A stretch of DNA of 62,575 bases, the filler included. It is 23 parts of 23 records of this genome, joined end to end, with 100 filler letters (N's around TTAATTAATTAA, not from the genome) between each part and the next. Parts side by side here need not be neighbours in the genome. Positions count along the whole stretch, not along the records: positions 24,107 to 27,169 come from SRR36015645_255977; positions 27,270 to 29,311 come from SRR36015645_257108; positions 29,412 to 32,229 come from SRR36015645_257884; positions 32,330 to 35,033 come from SRR36015645_260956; 19 more parts are not named here. One strand, 5' to 3'. The notes below the pieces were generated by a model that saw nothing but the letters and a program-made list of their open reading frames with translations, searched no databases and had not been told where the DNA came from. How positions within the stretch are numbered: position 1 is the first letter of the stretch; every line of letters begins with the position of its first letter. Positions 24,606 through 35,133 of the stretch are shown here, piece after piece. Position numbers and translations under genes: made by a program.

Positions 24606-26225
24606 ATGTCTACAGTGGAAATGAAGCATCCCCTGGAACCGAGCAGGCAGAAGAATGTGGAGGCTAAGAAAGCGTTCAAGCATAAGAGACTCCATCGGCC
24701 AGACATGGAGGCGTTAAGAATCGAAAGAACACCTCCGCAGCATTCGTTGAAACCGAGCAACAAGAGGCAGAGCTCAGACCAGGTTCCTGCTGCAGCCAAG
24801 GAACATCCGTTGAAAAGACGCAAGTCGGAACCCGAGCAAACTGTTCGTCGCATCGTTCTTCCAAAGAAGTTTTTACTTGGCGGTAACATTTCCGATCCGC
24901 TGAATCTGGGTAGTATGGAAGACGCCGACGTGAATAGACAGCTGAACGTACCGACGCCAGAAAAGTCTCCTGCTCCGATGACTCACCACATGGTTGAGAT
25001 ATTGATACCGCCGAACGTTATGGATCCGCTGCATCTAAACGACGACACTGCTGTTTTGTCGCCAAAATCAGTGGGTAAGAAGAGGAAGCTTAAGAAAAGA
25101 AAACTTACGGGCGTGCAAGAGTCTGTCGATGTTCCAGAGGAATCTGTGGCAAGTAAACCCGAGATGGTGGATACTACTTGCGTAATACCGGTAGCAGAAC
25201 ATACTGCAAACGAGGAAGCAGAAGTTGTGAGTCCTGTCAAAGAATCACCGCTGCCAATCTCACCAAGAAAACCACCATTAAAACGCTGGCGAAGCAATTC
25301 AGGTCGACATCAATCCGGTGGCAATGAGGACCAAAAGTCGCCAAAAATTGATCGAAAGCGGCAACCGTCTTTTACGGTTCCACAACAATTTCGTGCAAAA
25401 GATGCCAAATTCCAGTACGGCAATTACAATCGATACTACGGGTACAGGACGCCAGATAGTAACGACCCCAGACTTAAGTTGTTCAACGCTAGTTGGTTCA
25501 AAGGCAAAGACGTTTTGGATTTGGGCTGCAACGTTGGTTACCTGACACTCTCGATTGCAAAAGATTTCTCTCCTTGCAAAATCATCGGCATAGACATCGA
25601 TCCCAGTCTCATCAAATCCGCACGTAAAAACATTCGCCATTACTTATCGCCACAATCTATCACCGGTACAAAGTTTCCCATATCTCACATCATTAATTTC
25701 GGTCCAATTGCTGCACCACCTGTCAGTAAACAAGCCAGTGGTGGAACATTCCCATCAAATATTCAGTTTGTGCCAGGAAACTACGTGCTCGAGTGTGACG
25801 AAATGTTGGAAACGCAACGAGAAGAGTACGACACAATATTATGCCTTAGCCTGACAAAGTGGATACACTTAAACTGGGGCGACGCTGGTCTAAAGCGCAT
25901 GTTCAAACGGATTTACCGTCAGCTGCGTCCAGGTGGTCGCTTGGTGCTAGAAGCTCAGAGCTGGGCTTCATACAAGAAAAAGCGACGTCTCACGGAAACA
26001 ACCGCTAGCAACTATAACACAATCCAGCTGAAACCGGAACATTTTGTCGATTATCTACTGTCGTCCGACGTTGGTTTCTTGACAAGTGAAGTTATTGACG
26101 TGCCTCGCGCCAGAAGTGAAGGGTTTCATCGACCGATCCATTTGTTCACTAAGGGCAGCAGACACGTCCGTAGTCCGCCATCTGTTGAGCCTGCCACATC
26201 ACAGTCTTTTGCGAGCAGTAGTTGA
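24606..26225 (+). CDS. MEPCE: 7SK snRNA methylphosphate capping enzyme (Bin3 family), complete, intronless CDS
   Basis: FLLGGNISDPLNL, FQYGNYNRYYGYR, SAM motif VLDLGCNVG, GIDID, LCLSLTKWIHLNWGDAGLKRMF, LRPGGRLVLE, GFHRPI. ATG at 24606 (ACGATGT), stop TGA at 26223. Confidence 0.96.
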   Translation: MSTVEMKHPLEPSRQKNVEAKKAFKHKRLHRPDMEALRIERTPPQHSLKPSNKRQSSDQVPAAAKEHPLKRRKSEPEQTVRRIVLPKKFLLGGNISDPLNLGSMEDADVNRQLNVPTPEKSPAPMTHHMVEILIPPNVMDPLHLNDDTAVLSPKSVGKKRKLKKRKLTGVQESVDVPEESVASKPEMVDTTCVIPVAEHTANEEAEVVSPVKESPLPISPRKPPLKRWRSNSGRHQSGGNEDQKSPKIDRKRQPSFTVPQQFRAKDAKFQYGNYNRYYGYRTPDSNDPRLKLFNASWFKGKDVLDLGCNVGYLTLSIAKDFSPCKIIGIDIDPSLIKSARKNIRHYLSPQSITGTKFPISHIINFGPIAAPPVSKQASGGTFPSNIQFVPGNYVLECDEMLETQREEYDTILCLSLTKWIHLNWGDAGLKRMFKRIYRQLRPGGRLVLEAQSWASYKKKRRLTETTASNYNTIQLKPEHFVDYLLSSDVGFLTSEVIDVPRARSEGFHRPIHLFTKGSRHVRSPPSVEPATSQSFASSS

Positions 26226-27270
26226 ACATCAGAATTCTTGTGTAACAATTTGCACTAAGCCTATGTTTCAAAGCACTTGCCGTTCTATGAATAACTGGTA
26301 AACAGTAGTCTGTCACTAGTTTGACTGAATGACACAAAAATATATATCACAATCAGCCTAGGATAACGTTCAGCATGGTTACTAGTCACTTTAGTAGCAT
26401 ATTTTATTGGTTAACAAAAAAATCAGCATTATTACTACACTTAGTTTTAGGCCTAAATATAGTAGCATCGCATTCTACTTCAGTACAGTTGCTTTGAGCA
26501 TTTATTGTCTTGGTAAAGTAATATTTGGTAGTGTTTAACGTATTTTCTATTTTTATATTAGAGTATGATTACAGTTATTGTTTAAGTAAAAAAAGTCAAG
26601 GGATTATTGTAGTACCAGTCTTGTACTCAAACAGTCGGTTAGTTAGGTTCATCTGCCATATTTTTGTAGTAAAACATTCTAGTAAATGCTAACTGTTTGG
26701 AAAATTTATCACATGCAGCGTTCGTACATGCATGTGATGCTTTGAAGAATGTTTCACAGCCACTCATAGAAATTAACAAAAATTACAAAAGTTATAGTTA
26801 TGTATATGAAGCGTATGTTTAATTGAACCCAGTATATATCGGCTGAGCCCTATTCGTTTCACCGTGTGTGTCCGTTCAACATTGTGTCAGTATCACTATA
26901 ACTTGAAAAATACTTGGCAAATTGTGCTCGTATATGATGTGTTCCTTTGACCTTTGGTATGAAAATATGATCTTTGACTGACTGTTTGACAAGTTCGATG
27001 TTGGACATTGTTGTCAATCTCTGTTCCGTAATAGTAGCCATTTCATAAAATTTGCCAATATCAGCATAGCTTGATAAATACTAGCAGATCAGGCTCTAGG
27101 TTAATACTTGGTAGTTGGTACGGAAATTCCTTGGACAAGTTTGGTTTTTCTTGTTGTCCAATGACTATCNNNNNNNNNNNNNNNNNNNNNNNNNNNNNNN
27201 NNNNNNNNNNNNNTTAATTAATTAANNNNNNNNNNNNNNNNNNNNNNNNNNNNNNNNNNNNNNNNNNNNA

Positions 27271-29311
27271 ATCAACACACATGGCCTAGCACAGTTATCA
27301 CGGGCGAAACAATATACAGAATATTTCAACTTTTTTCAACCAGACGTTATCTGCTTGCAAGAGACCAACACAACAAAACAGAAGGTAGAAGACAACATAC
27401 TATGGAAAGACTTGCCATATAATTTCTATTTTTTCTCAGCTCCAACAAAGTTTTCAGGCGTTGGGCTAGCCATCAAAAAGAACAGTGCAATTAATGTTAA
27501 AGAGATAACAGAGCTAAAAGAAGGTCACCTATTATTCGCTGAGTACGAGTTAAATGACGTCATATACAAGGTTTATAACATCTACATGCCTCAGCAAGAT
27601 GACAAAGCTATTGATACATTGGAAAGGATGATGAAACATAGACAAGATCACGGCATAGATGACTTCATCCTGCTTGGAGATTTCAACGTTACATTGGATA
27701 CTAAATTAGACAGACAAGACGATGCTGTAGAAAAGCGGAAAAAATTAAGAGCAACATTACAGAAAGTAATAGACATTTGCAAACTTAATGATGTGTGGAG
27801 AATTCTCCATCAAGACAAAAGATCTTACACTTTTCACTCAAGAAGAGGAGAAACAATGGTGAACGCTCGACTTGACAGAGTATACATGACCAAAGAGATC
27901 CAGAATATGGTCACAGCATGTGGAATTGAGGCATGCAGTCTGTCCGACCACCAGGCAGTCCTGTTAAAGCTACAAGGCGGAAACCGACATACAAAAAGCC
28001 GAAATGCGCAGCCATGGAAACTTAATAACACCTTATTACATGACGCCGAATACACCGAACTTATCAAAGCTTACTTGGAACAATGGATGCGACAGAAACA
28101 AGAGTATACAGGAAGAATAGACGATTGGTGGGAAATATGCAAAGTGAACATAAAGCACATATCAGCCAAATACACAGCTCTAAAAAGACGGGAGGAGAAG
28201 GAGCTAACGAAACGCATGCAAGATGAACTGAATCATCTAATAAAGCAAGGCATAAGAACTACTCAAGACAACGAAGAAATCAAACAAAAGAAACACGAAT
28301 TTAATCATATATTAAAAAAGCGAGCACACACAGCCTTGATAAGGTCGCAATTTAGGCATATTGAGGAAACAGATAGGCCAACTAGTTACTTCTACTCGTT
28401 GGAAAAAGAATCACCCGCAAACAAAATGATAAACAACTTAATACTAGAGGATGGCACAATAACTAATGACCAGGAAGTTATTAGAGAGCACGTGATCAAC
28501 TTCTATAAGGAGTTGTATGAAGATGAAGATGTGTCAACGGCCTCAATAGATGAATTATTAAAGGATATACCGAAGATAACAGAAGAACAAAGAGAAAATA
28601 CGGAAAGACCATTCACACTAGAGGAAATAACGAAAGCAGTAAAACAAACAAGTAGGAATACTTCTCCAGGATGCGATGGTATCACCAACGAATTTTATTT
28701 AAGATTTTGGGATATATTAGGAGAAACATTTCTGCAGCTGTTCACCGACATCGTCAGACTAAAAGACGAGCTACCATTATCGTTTAAAATTGCAATCATT
28801 ATCCTATTACTGAAGAAGAAGTCAGATCACAGGATGATTGGCAACTATAGACCGCTCTCGTTGCTTAACACAGATTTTAAACTTTTCTCTAAGGTTATAG
28901 CAAATAGAATCAAGCCCTTATTACCGAAGCTTGTACACATAGACCAGACATGTGGAATAGAGGGGCGTAGGATGGAAGACAACACCCGTCTGTTAAGAGA
29001 TGCTCTCTTCTACGCTGATGAGCAGAGATTGAAGCTCATATTAATTGCAATCGACCAAGAAAAGGCATTTGATCGGGTCTCCCATACGTACATGTTGTCC
29101 GTAATTAAGAAGATGGGATTTGGTACCTTCATTACCAAATGTATTAAACTGATGTATACGAACGCTATTAGCTACGTAAAACTGCAAAACGGCCTAGCAG
29201 GACCTATCATGTTCGCCAAAGGTTTAAGACAAGGTGACAGCCTCAGCATGCTGCTATACACGATGGTAATAGAGCCACTACTAATCAGACTACGTACAAA
29301 CCTACAGCGTT
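27271..29311 (+). mobile_element. ORF2: L1/Tx1-clade LINE ORF2 (APE endonuclease and RT), partial
   Basis: INTHG, CLQET, GDFN, ARLDRVY, SDH, WKLNNTLL, SPGCDG, NYRPLSLLNTDFK, DQEKAFDRV, GLRQGDSLS. Confidence 0.93.
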
Positions 29312-29413
29312 NNNNNNNNNNNNNNNNNNNNNNNNNNNNNNNNNNNNNNNNNNNNTTAATTAATTAANNNNNNNNNNNNNNNNNNNNNNNNNNNNNNNNN
29401 NNNNNNNNNNNCC

Positions 29414-31033
29414 AAACAGTCCACACCTGTGGATGAGTCTGTTTCGGCACCGCCTGGGGGTGTGGAGGACAACGCCCCTCTGCCCTCGGAGGATATTAAT
29501 AGCGAGGAGAAAAACAAGTCCGCGAAAAAACACCAGGGACCAGCGAAAAAATCTAACGTTGGAAAAACAAAGGGTTCACCAAAAAAGCGGCACCCTTCGA
29601 AACCGGCAAATAAGGATACCCAGGGCCTACATGAAGGTATGGAGAATGTGTGCGATGCGGTAAACATGTTAGATAGTAATATGGGACAGTGTATTGAGGC
29701 GTTTAGTGACTTTCGTGCACACAATCAGCAGCAGTTGGATGACATTAAAGGGCAGATAAGCCAGTGTGTTGATAAAAACGCGAGCGAGATAAGCGAACTG
29801 AAAACTGAACTGCGGAAAGTACACGAAACTGCTAAAAACGGTATAAACTGTGTGAAAAACACTCTGGAAAGAGAGGGTGCGAGAGATACATGTGCGGTGG
29901 GTGAGCTGGAAAAGTTGAGGAGCGAGATGAAGGAGGTGAAAGCAGGACTGGCCGATAAATGTAAGGAAAACGAAAATCTACAAAGGGAACTCGATATGTG
30001 TAAGTCTGAACTGGTAGCCATTCGTTTGGCTAATGAAGAGCTGAAATGTGAACTGGTTCGGAAGCCTATGCGTGCAGTGGCTGTGCAGTGTGATGTAGGC
30101 CTACAACCCCCGGCCAACGCGTGGTCGAAACCGTCTGGATCGCGTGACTACGGTGATCGTAGAGATGCCTGGCCTGCACCGGGTCGCAAGGACAGTAGGC
30201 CTAGGCCTAGTGCTGCAAGCAGTGGAAGTCAAAATATCGAGCAAAGCGAGAAATCAAACGACTCTGTCGATATTGTACCAGACATTGCGCCGGCCTTGAA
30301 TCGTGACATCCTAATACTAGGCACATCACTGGTTAACGGTATCGATAGCAAACGGTTTTTGCCATCGGGGGACACCAGGCGTGCATTTGTTAAATCTTTG
30401 CCCGGCAAACAGCTTCCGGATCTTGCAGCTTATGTAGCTCACTCCAACTTTACTGGTTTGAAAAGTGTTATTTTACAGGCTGCTGGAAACGACATTGACA
30501 CTACAAGGGGTGAGTCGGTAAGCATCGAGCAGGCAGCCGAACGGTATGTGAAACTATTGGATGCGGTGAAAGGGAAATATCCTGAAGCGAAAGTAACAGT
30601 ATCCAGTGTGCTACCGAGGGAGAGCGATGAGTTTAACAAACGGAAAAGTGGGTTAAATGATGTGCTTCGCGTGATGTGCCAAAGGAGGGAGATACAGTTT
30701 GTTGAGGGCTCGTTTCAAACTGCGGAAGGTCATCAGTGTGCCGATCTGTTTCAGTTTCGAAACCGAACACATTTGAACAAACACGGAGTGTCGGTGCTTG
30801 TGAAGGTGTTTCGGCAGGCGCTCGGTTGTTACGTACCGGTACGCAAAGAAAACGTGCCCGGTGCACGTGCACCATATGATCCCGCGTACCCTAGAAATGT
30901 GGAAAGGTGGAGACAATATGGTAATCCAGTAGAAAACGAGGGACGACGCCAAATGATGCGCCCATTTGCCCCAAATAGGAACTCGGAGAAAATGGACAGG
31001 CTTTTAAATTTTCTTGTGAACGAACTCTGTTAG
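29414..31033 (+). CDS. ORF1: LINE ORF1 with coiled coil and SGNH/GDSL esterase domain, 5' truncated
   Basis: Long coiled coil; ILILGTSLV (block I), LPG, ILQAAGND (block III), SVLPR, RTHLNKHG (block V). An APE ORF2 follows downstream. Confidence 0.85.
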   Translation, partial: KQSTPVDESVSAPPGGVEDNAPLPSEDINSEEKNKSAKKHQGPAKKSNVGKTKGSPKKRHPSKPANKDTQGLHEGMENVCDAVNMLDSNMGQCIEAFSDFRAHNQQQLDDIKGQISQCVDKNASEISELKTELRKVHETAKNGINCVKNTLEREGARDTCAVGELEKLRSEMKEVKAGLADKCKENENLQRELDMCKSELVAIRLANEELKCELVRKPMRAVAVQCDVGLQPPANAWSKPSGSRDYGDRRDAWPAPGRKDSRPRPSAASSGSQNIEQSEKSNDSVDIVPDIAPALNRDILILGTSLVNGIDSKRFLPSGDTRRAFVKSLPGKQLPDLAAYVAHSNFTGLKSVILQAAGNDIDTTRGESVSIEQAAERYVKLLDAVKGKYPEAKVTVSSVLPRESDEFNKRKSGLNDVLRVMCQRREIQFVEGSFQTAEGHQCADLFQFRNRTHLNKHGVSVLVKVFRQALGCYVPVRKENVPGARAPYDPAYPRNVERWRQYGNPVENEGRRQMMRPFAPNRNSEKMDRLLNFLVNELC

Positions 31034-31519
31034 ATGCAAGCCATGGTTGAGCTCATTATGAAAAGAACCGCTACATAACGTTTAGTAGAAATATGGATAA
31101 ACAAAATGATATATTATTAAGGTGCAATTGCATTTTGTCTAGTGTCAAAAATGGTATTTTACTTATATGATTAATATGCAAGTTCATTAATTTTGTGTAG
31201 TCTCCAATAATGGTATTTAGCTTATATCACTCTAACTTATGGTGCTTTAAGAAATTTTAATACACAGCTTACTTAGCTTTAAATTATATTGATTTATTAA
31301 TCAATCAGGTGCAAAAGGTCTCATATAACGTTGCGCTCCAAAATTTATTATTATTATGCTTTTTAGTTAGGCCTACATGTAATTGGTGCTATCACGTTTT
31401 CTTCACATAAATAATATTACTTGTTGAGTGCATTAGCTAGCCTATAATACTTACAAGTAGGCCTATAATTATAGAGTTACATTGTATGTCAATAGTATAA
31501 CAAAGTAAAGGATAAAAAG

Positions 31520-31990
31520 CGCATAGTCACTTGATAGTAGCAAAATATTGTATATCTTAGTATAGATATATAGTACGTACAATACAACTCAGTATCGCAT
31601 AGCATAGCGTAGTAAAGTAAGCTACACAGTATAGTAGTTTGTGTATTTGCATTATCTTCAGGTAGCTTTGTATTTTTACTTGATATATAGTAGCATAGTA
31701 TTGTATAGTACTTTCCTTTTTTCACGTGATAGTGTTGGACAGTACTGTACAGTGCACTACCGGTTAGTACAACATAGCACTGTACAGTGCACAATATAGT
31801 AAAGTTTAAGTGTATTTACATTATTCCCAGATAGCTTTGTATTTTTACCCTTTTTACTGTTTTGCTTGATATATAGTAGCATAGTATTGCAGAGTACTGT
31901 CTAGTATAGTACCGTTTAGCATAGCATAGTATTCAGTACAGTACAGTAGAGTTTAAGTCTGCGTGCATTACCTTCAAATAGCGTTTTAGT
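31520..31990. repeat. Degenerate tandem repeat (~150-185 bp, about 3 copies) between ORF1 and ORF2
   Basis: GTGTATTT.CATTAT...CAG.TAGCTTTGTATTTTTAC at 31641 and 31810, weaker at ~31957. CTTGATATATAGTAGCATAGTATTG at ~31679 and ~31865, weaker at ~31530. Confidence 0.75.
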
Positions 31991-32064
31991 GTAGTTATAA
32001 CTAGGAAATTGTTGTTCATCATTGTATATATTCTTCTCCTTATTTGACAACAGTGGTGCATGTA

Positions 32065-32229
32065 ATGAGGTCAGAACCGCTGACTGTTGCTTCCTGGAAT
32101 GTGTATGGGTTGGGGGAACAATTAGAGGGTAGACCCAGTAAATTAAGGGATGAGCATTTTCTAAACGAATTTAACAAGTACAGTATCATAGCATTGTCTG
32201 AAACATGGACAAGTAGTAAGAGTAATATA
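32065..32229 (+). CDS. ORF2: Start of LINE ORF2 (APE endonuclease N-terminus)
   Basis: MRSEPLTVASWNVYGL...IIALSETW matches APE motifs I and II. Confidence 0.85.
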
Positions 32230-32329
32230 NNNNNNNNNNNNNNNNNNNNNNNNNNNNNNNNNNNNNNNNNNNNTTAATTAATTAANNNNNNNNNNNNNNN
32301 NNNNNNNNNNNNNNNNNNNNNNNNNNNNN

Positions 32330-35032
32330 AACTCCTCTCTCTTCGCATGGTTCGTCTTCATCCGAGGCTTCTGAGCTGTCCAAAGGGCGTTTTCTCTTCT
32401 CAGGTGGACCTTCCTCACCTGACCAATCAGGCATGTCTTTATTGGCAACAGCTGTAGACCTCAAATTTGCACCACCCTCTGGAGGAAACTGAGTGCAAGT
32501 ATACCAAATTGGTACGATGGTTTTTTGTTCAGTTACTCTCCATCCGAATTCCTCACCAACGGATGGATATACAATCTCCCTCTGTAGACATTGCCACCAA
32601 ATATAACACTGCAAGGCAGATCTTCTTATGTGTTGTTCTACGCTGTTCTCGTCAGGTATAATTGCTTCACTAGACTTTGTTTTTTGCTTGGCATACATAC
32701 GCACGCGAGTTTGAACTAGGGTTTCGTTTTGCTGTCCAGAGTACATTATGCACTTGACAAACTCTTTTGCAGAGATCATTTCCTCCTCACGAAGTCTTCC
32801 ACGTCCAAAATTTGATAGCAGGTTGAATGCTTCTGTTTTAATCATTTTCTTGAATGGTTTGTTCTTGCCAACCCCATAGGGGAACGATGTCGTGTCACAT
32901 CCAGTTATGCTGTGAAAAGCTGGCAGGACGCTGCATACATCGGAGCCAAACTTTCCACAAACCTTTGAAATGTCAACAAATTTTTTGTGTCCAATCATCA
33001 TTTGCCATTGATGCTCACATCCCTTTGAGTAAGTATACGTCATTAGTAGCAAAACATCGGTATCTGTTGCTCTGATTATCACTGGCAAGTTAACATTACT
33101 GGCAGTATAGATGAGCCTTGTATCCGCTTCTAAGTGATTACAGTCTTCTAATTCAAGAATGTCTGTGTTTGTTAACAGCCAGGACTTCTCATTCTGCGTT
33201 ATCATTAGAGGCATTGTGATCAAGTCCTTGTTCCCTTTGACGAAAGCAACAATGAAGCTAATTAGTTCTGACTTGTTGTCCGAATTATTTAAAAATTCGT
33301 CCCAGTCTTTACCTTTGGGCATACTTTGTTGACTGCTGGAAATGTACACCCTTTTGCCTGGGCTGCCTCTCCGTAGGTGCGTAAGCTCTTTGACATAAGG
33401 CTTTGTGTAAGTGTCGAAAATGATACCCATTTTTAGTGGATGTAAATCATTGCTTGGCGTACAAAATCGGAGTAAGGCCTCTGCATATTCTCCCCACGTC
33501 TCCTTCCGCGGTACAGATCGTACGGCAGCCATTCCATCAACCAACCACATGGCTCTAAAAGCGGGCTCATCTGACAAGGCACTTGACTCTTCAATTAGGA
33601 AATTTCTTAACGTAGCCTTTGCTCCTTGTCTCAAATCGCCGTCTGGTGATGACAATGCCAGAGGCACACTCGTCAGCGGATGCGCCAGAGCTACTTCTGG
33701 TGATGTCACCCTGCTCATCATGGATCCAAAAGCTTGTCTGTCCTCTTTTAGACCAGAAATTAACTTAGACACTTTCTTTGGTTTTTCCAATCCTGTTTTA
33801 AGTTTTGGATTCCGTATGCTTGCGAAAATACTCATCTTTTTCTCACCCGATGCCTTCAACCTTTGATTGACAAATTCTTCGTACATCTCATTCCCAATTG
33901 TGTTTGATGAAAGCAGTCCCTCAACAGTGGATGCATCAATTTCTACTCCTGTTTTGAAATTTCTTGCCGGACCATCCAGGAAAGGGTCAAAATAATTGGT
34001 CAGTTGATTTGTAAGCGTTACTACCATTTCTTCATGAATTTTTTTTGCTCCACTTGTCGTTTCCCTGTGACTGGATTCCGAAAGTACGTTTAGTCTTTCT
34101 CTCAGCTTGCATCTTACCTTTGCAACAAGGTGACTTGTCTTTACAAATGTGTCACTGGCTCTTTCATCTGTGCTAAAACCGCCATGCATTGGACCACCAC
34201 GCACCTTAACTTCTCTGTTGATTGTAGTCTCTGTAATAAGGTCGCCGTGTATTGTGGAGAAGGGTTTACCCGACAGAGATCCACCAAATCCTTTCTTGAC
34301 TAGGTCATCCCAAATTTTCTGCTCTGAAGCCTTTATATGTAATAACCTCACATGTTGATATGTCAAGTAGCGTGCGTAATTAGGATGTCCAAATCCAAAG
34401 CATTTGGGAATTAATACTCTTTCTGCCGCAAGATGTCTTTCAATACTGTGTTCCCTCACAGCACTTATTAGACACAGCATAGAAGAAACATCTCGGATAT
34501 ATTCAGCAATCATTTGAGTTTGTGTTCCAGTTGTGACGAGCAACGTTTGAACCACTTCCTTAAAGCCTGCGTTCTGCAACACGGCGTTGAGTGATTCTTC
34601 TGATGGCCTCAGTCTGAGATTACCTATCTTTTCCTTTAAAGTTGGATCCATCTTCTCCTGAACAGACAGTTCCAATATTCTGTGTCGTAGCAGTGCTTCA
34701 AAGGATTGCTTATGGAGTCGAATACAACGATGATAATGTCGGCCTTCCATGGCTTGATCTGCTGAACCCTGTGCAACAGCCCCTGACTCAATCCACCAAG
34801 TCTTCAATCCTAGGCATCCGTATTTTTTCCCTAGAATTTTAAGATTTACAAGGATGGTATGAAAACCACCCATGAGGGGGATTAGCTTATCATACTTCCC
34901 GTTGTGCAACCACGAAATGACCAACATTTTAGAGTTTATCGCCTCGTCTGCATGAACGAATGCAAAATCAACCTCAAGATCATCAAGCATTTGTAATATG
35001 CCATCCATATACCATTTTATTACATTGTCATT
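32330..35032 (-). mobile_element. AcademX-type transposase with XPG/PIN-like nuclease domain, partial
   Basis: Transposase: ADEAI, MGGFH, GRHY, YARY, DLITETTIN. XPG-like: VDGMA, FDTY, HLEADTRL, DTDV, HSITGCDTTS..GVGK. Confidence 0.8.
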
Positions 35033-35133
35033 TNNNNNNNNNNNNNNNNNNNNNNNNNNNNNNNNNNNNNNNNNNNNTTAATTAATTAANNNNNNNNNNN
35101 NNNNNNNNNNNNNNNNNNNNNNNNNNNNNNNNN

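Noticed and set aside
26859-27041. 60-aa minus-strand ORF downstream of MEPCE
   Set aside because: No motif and no clear splice support.
31489-31794. 101-aa Tyr/Cys-rich ORF
   Set aside because: Translation of the TAGTA/TAGCA-rich tandem repeat.
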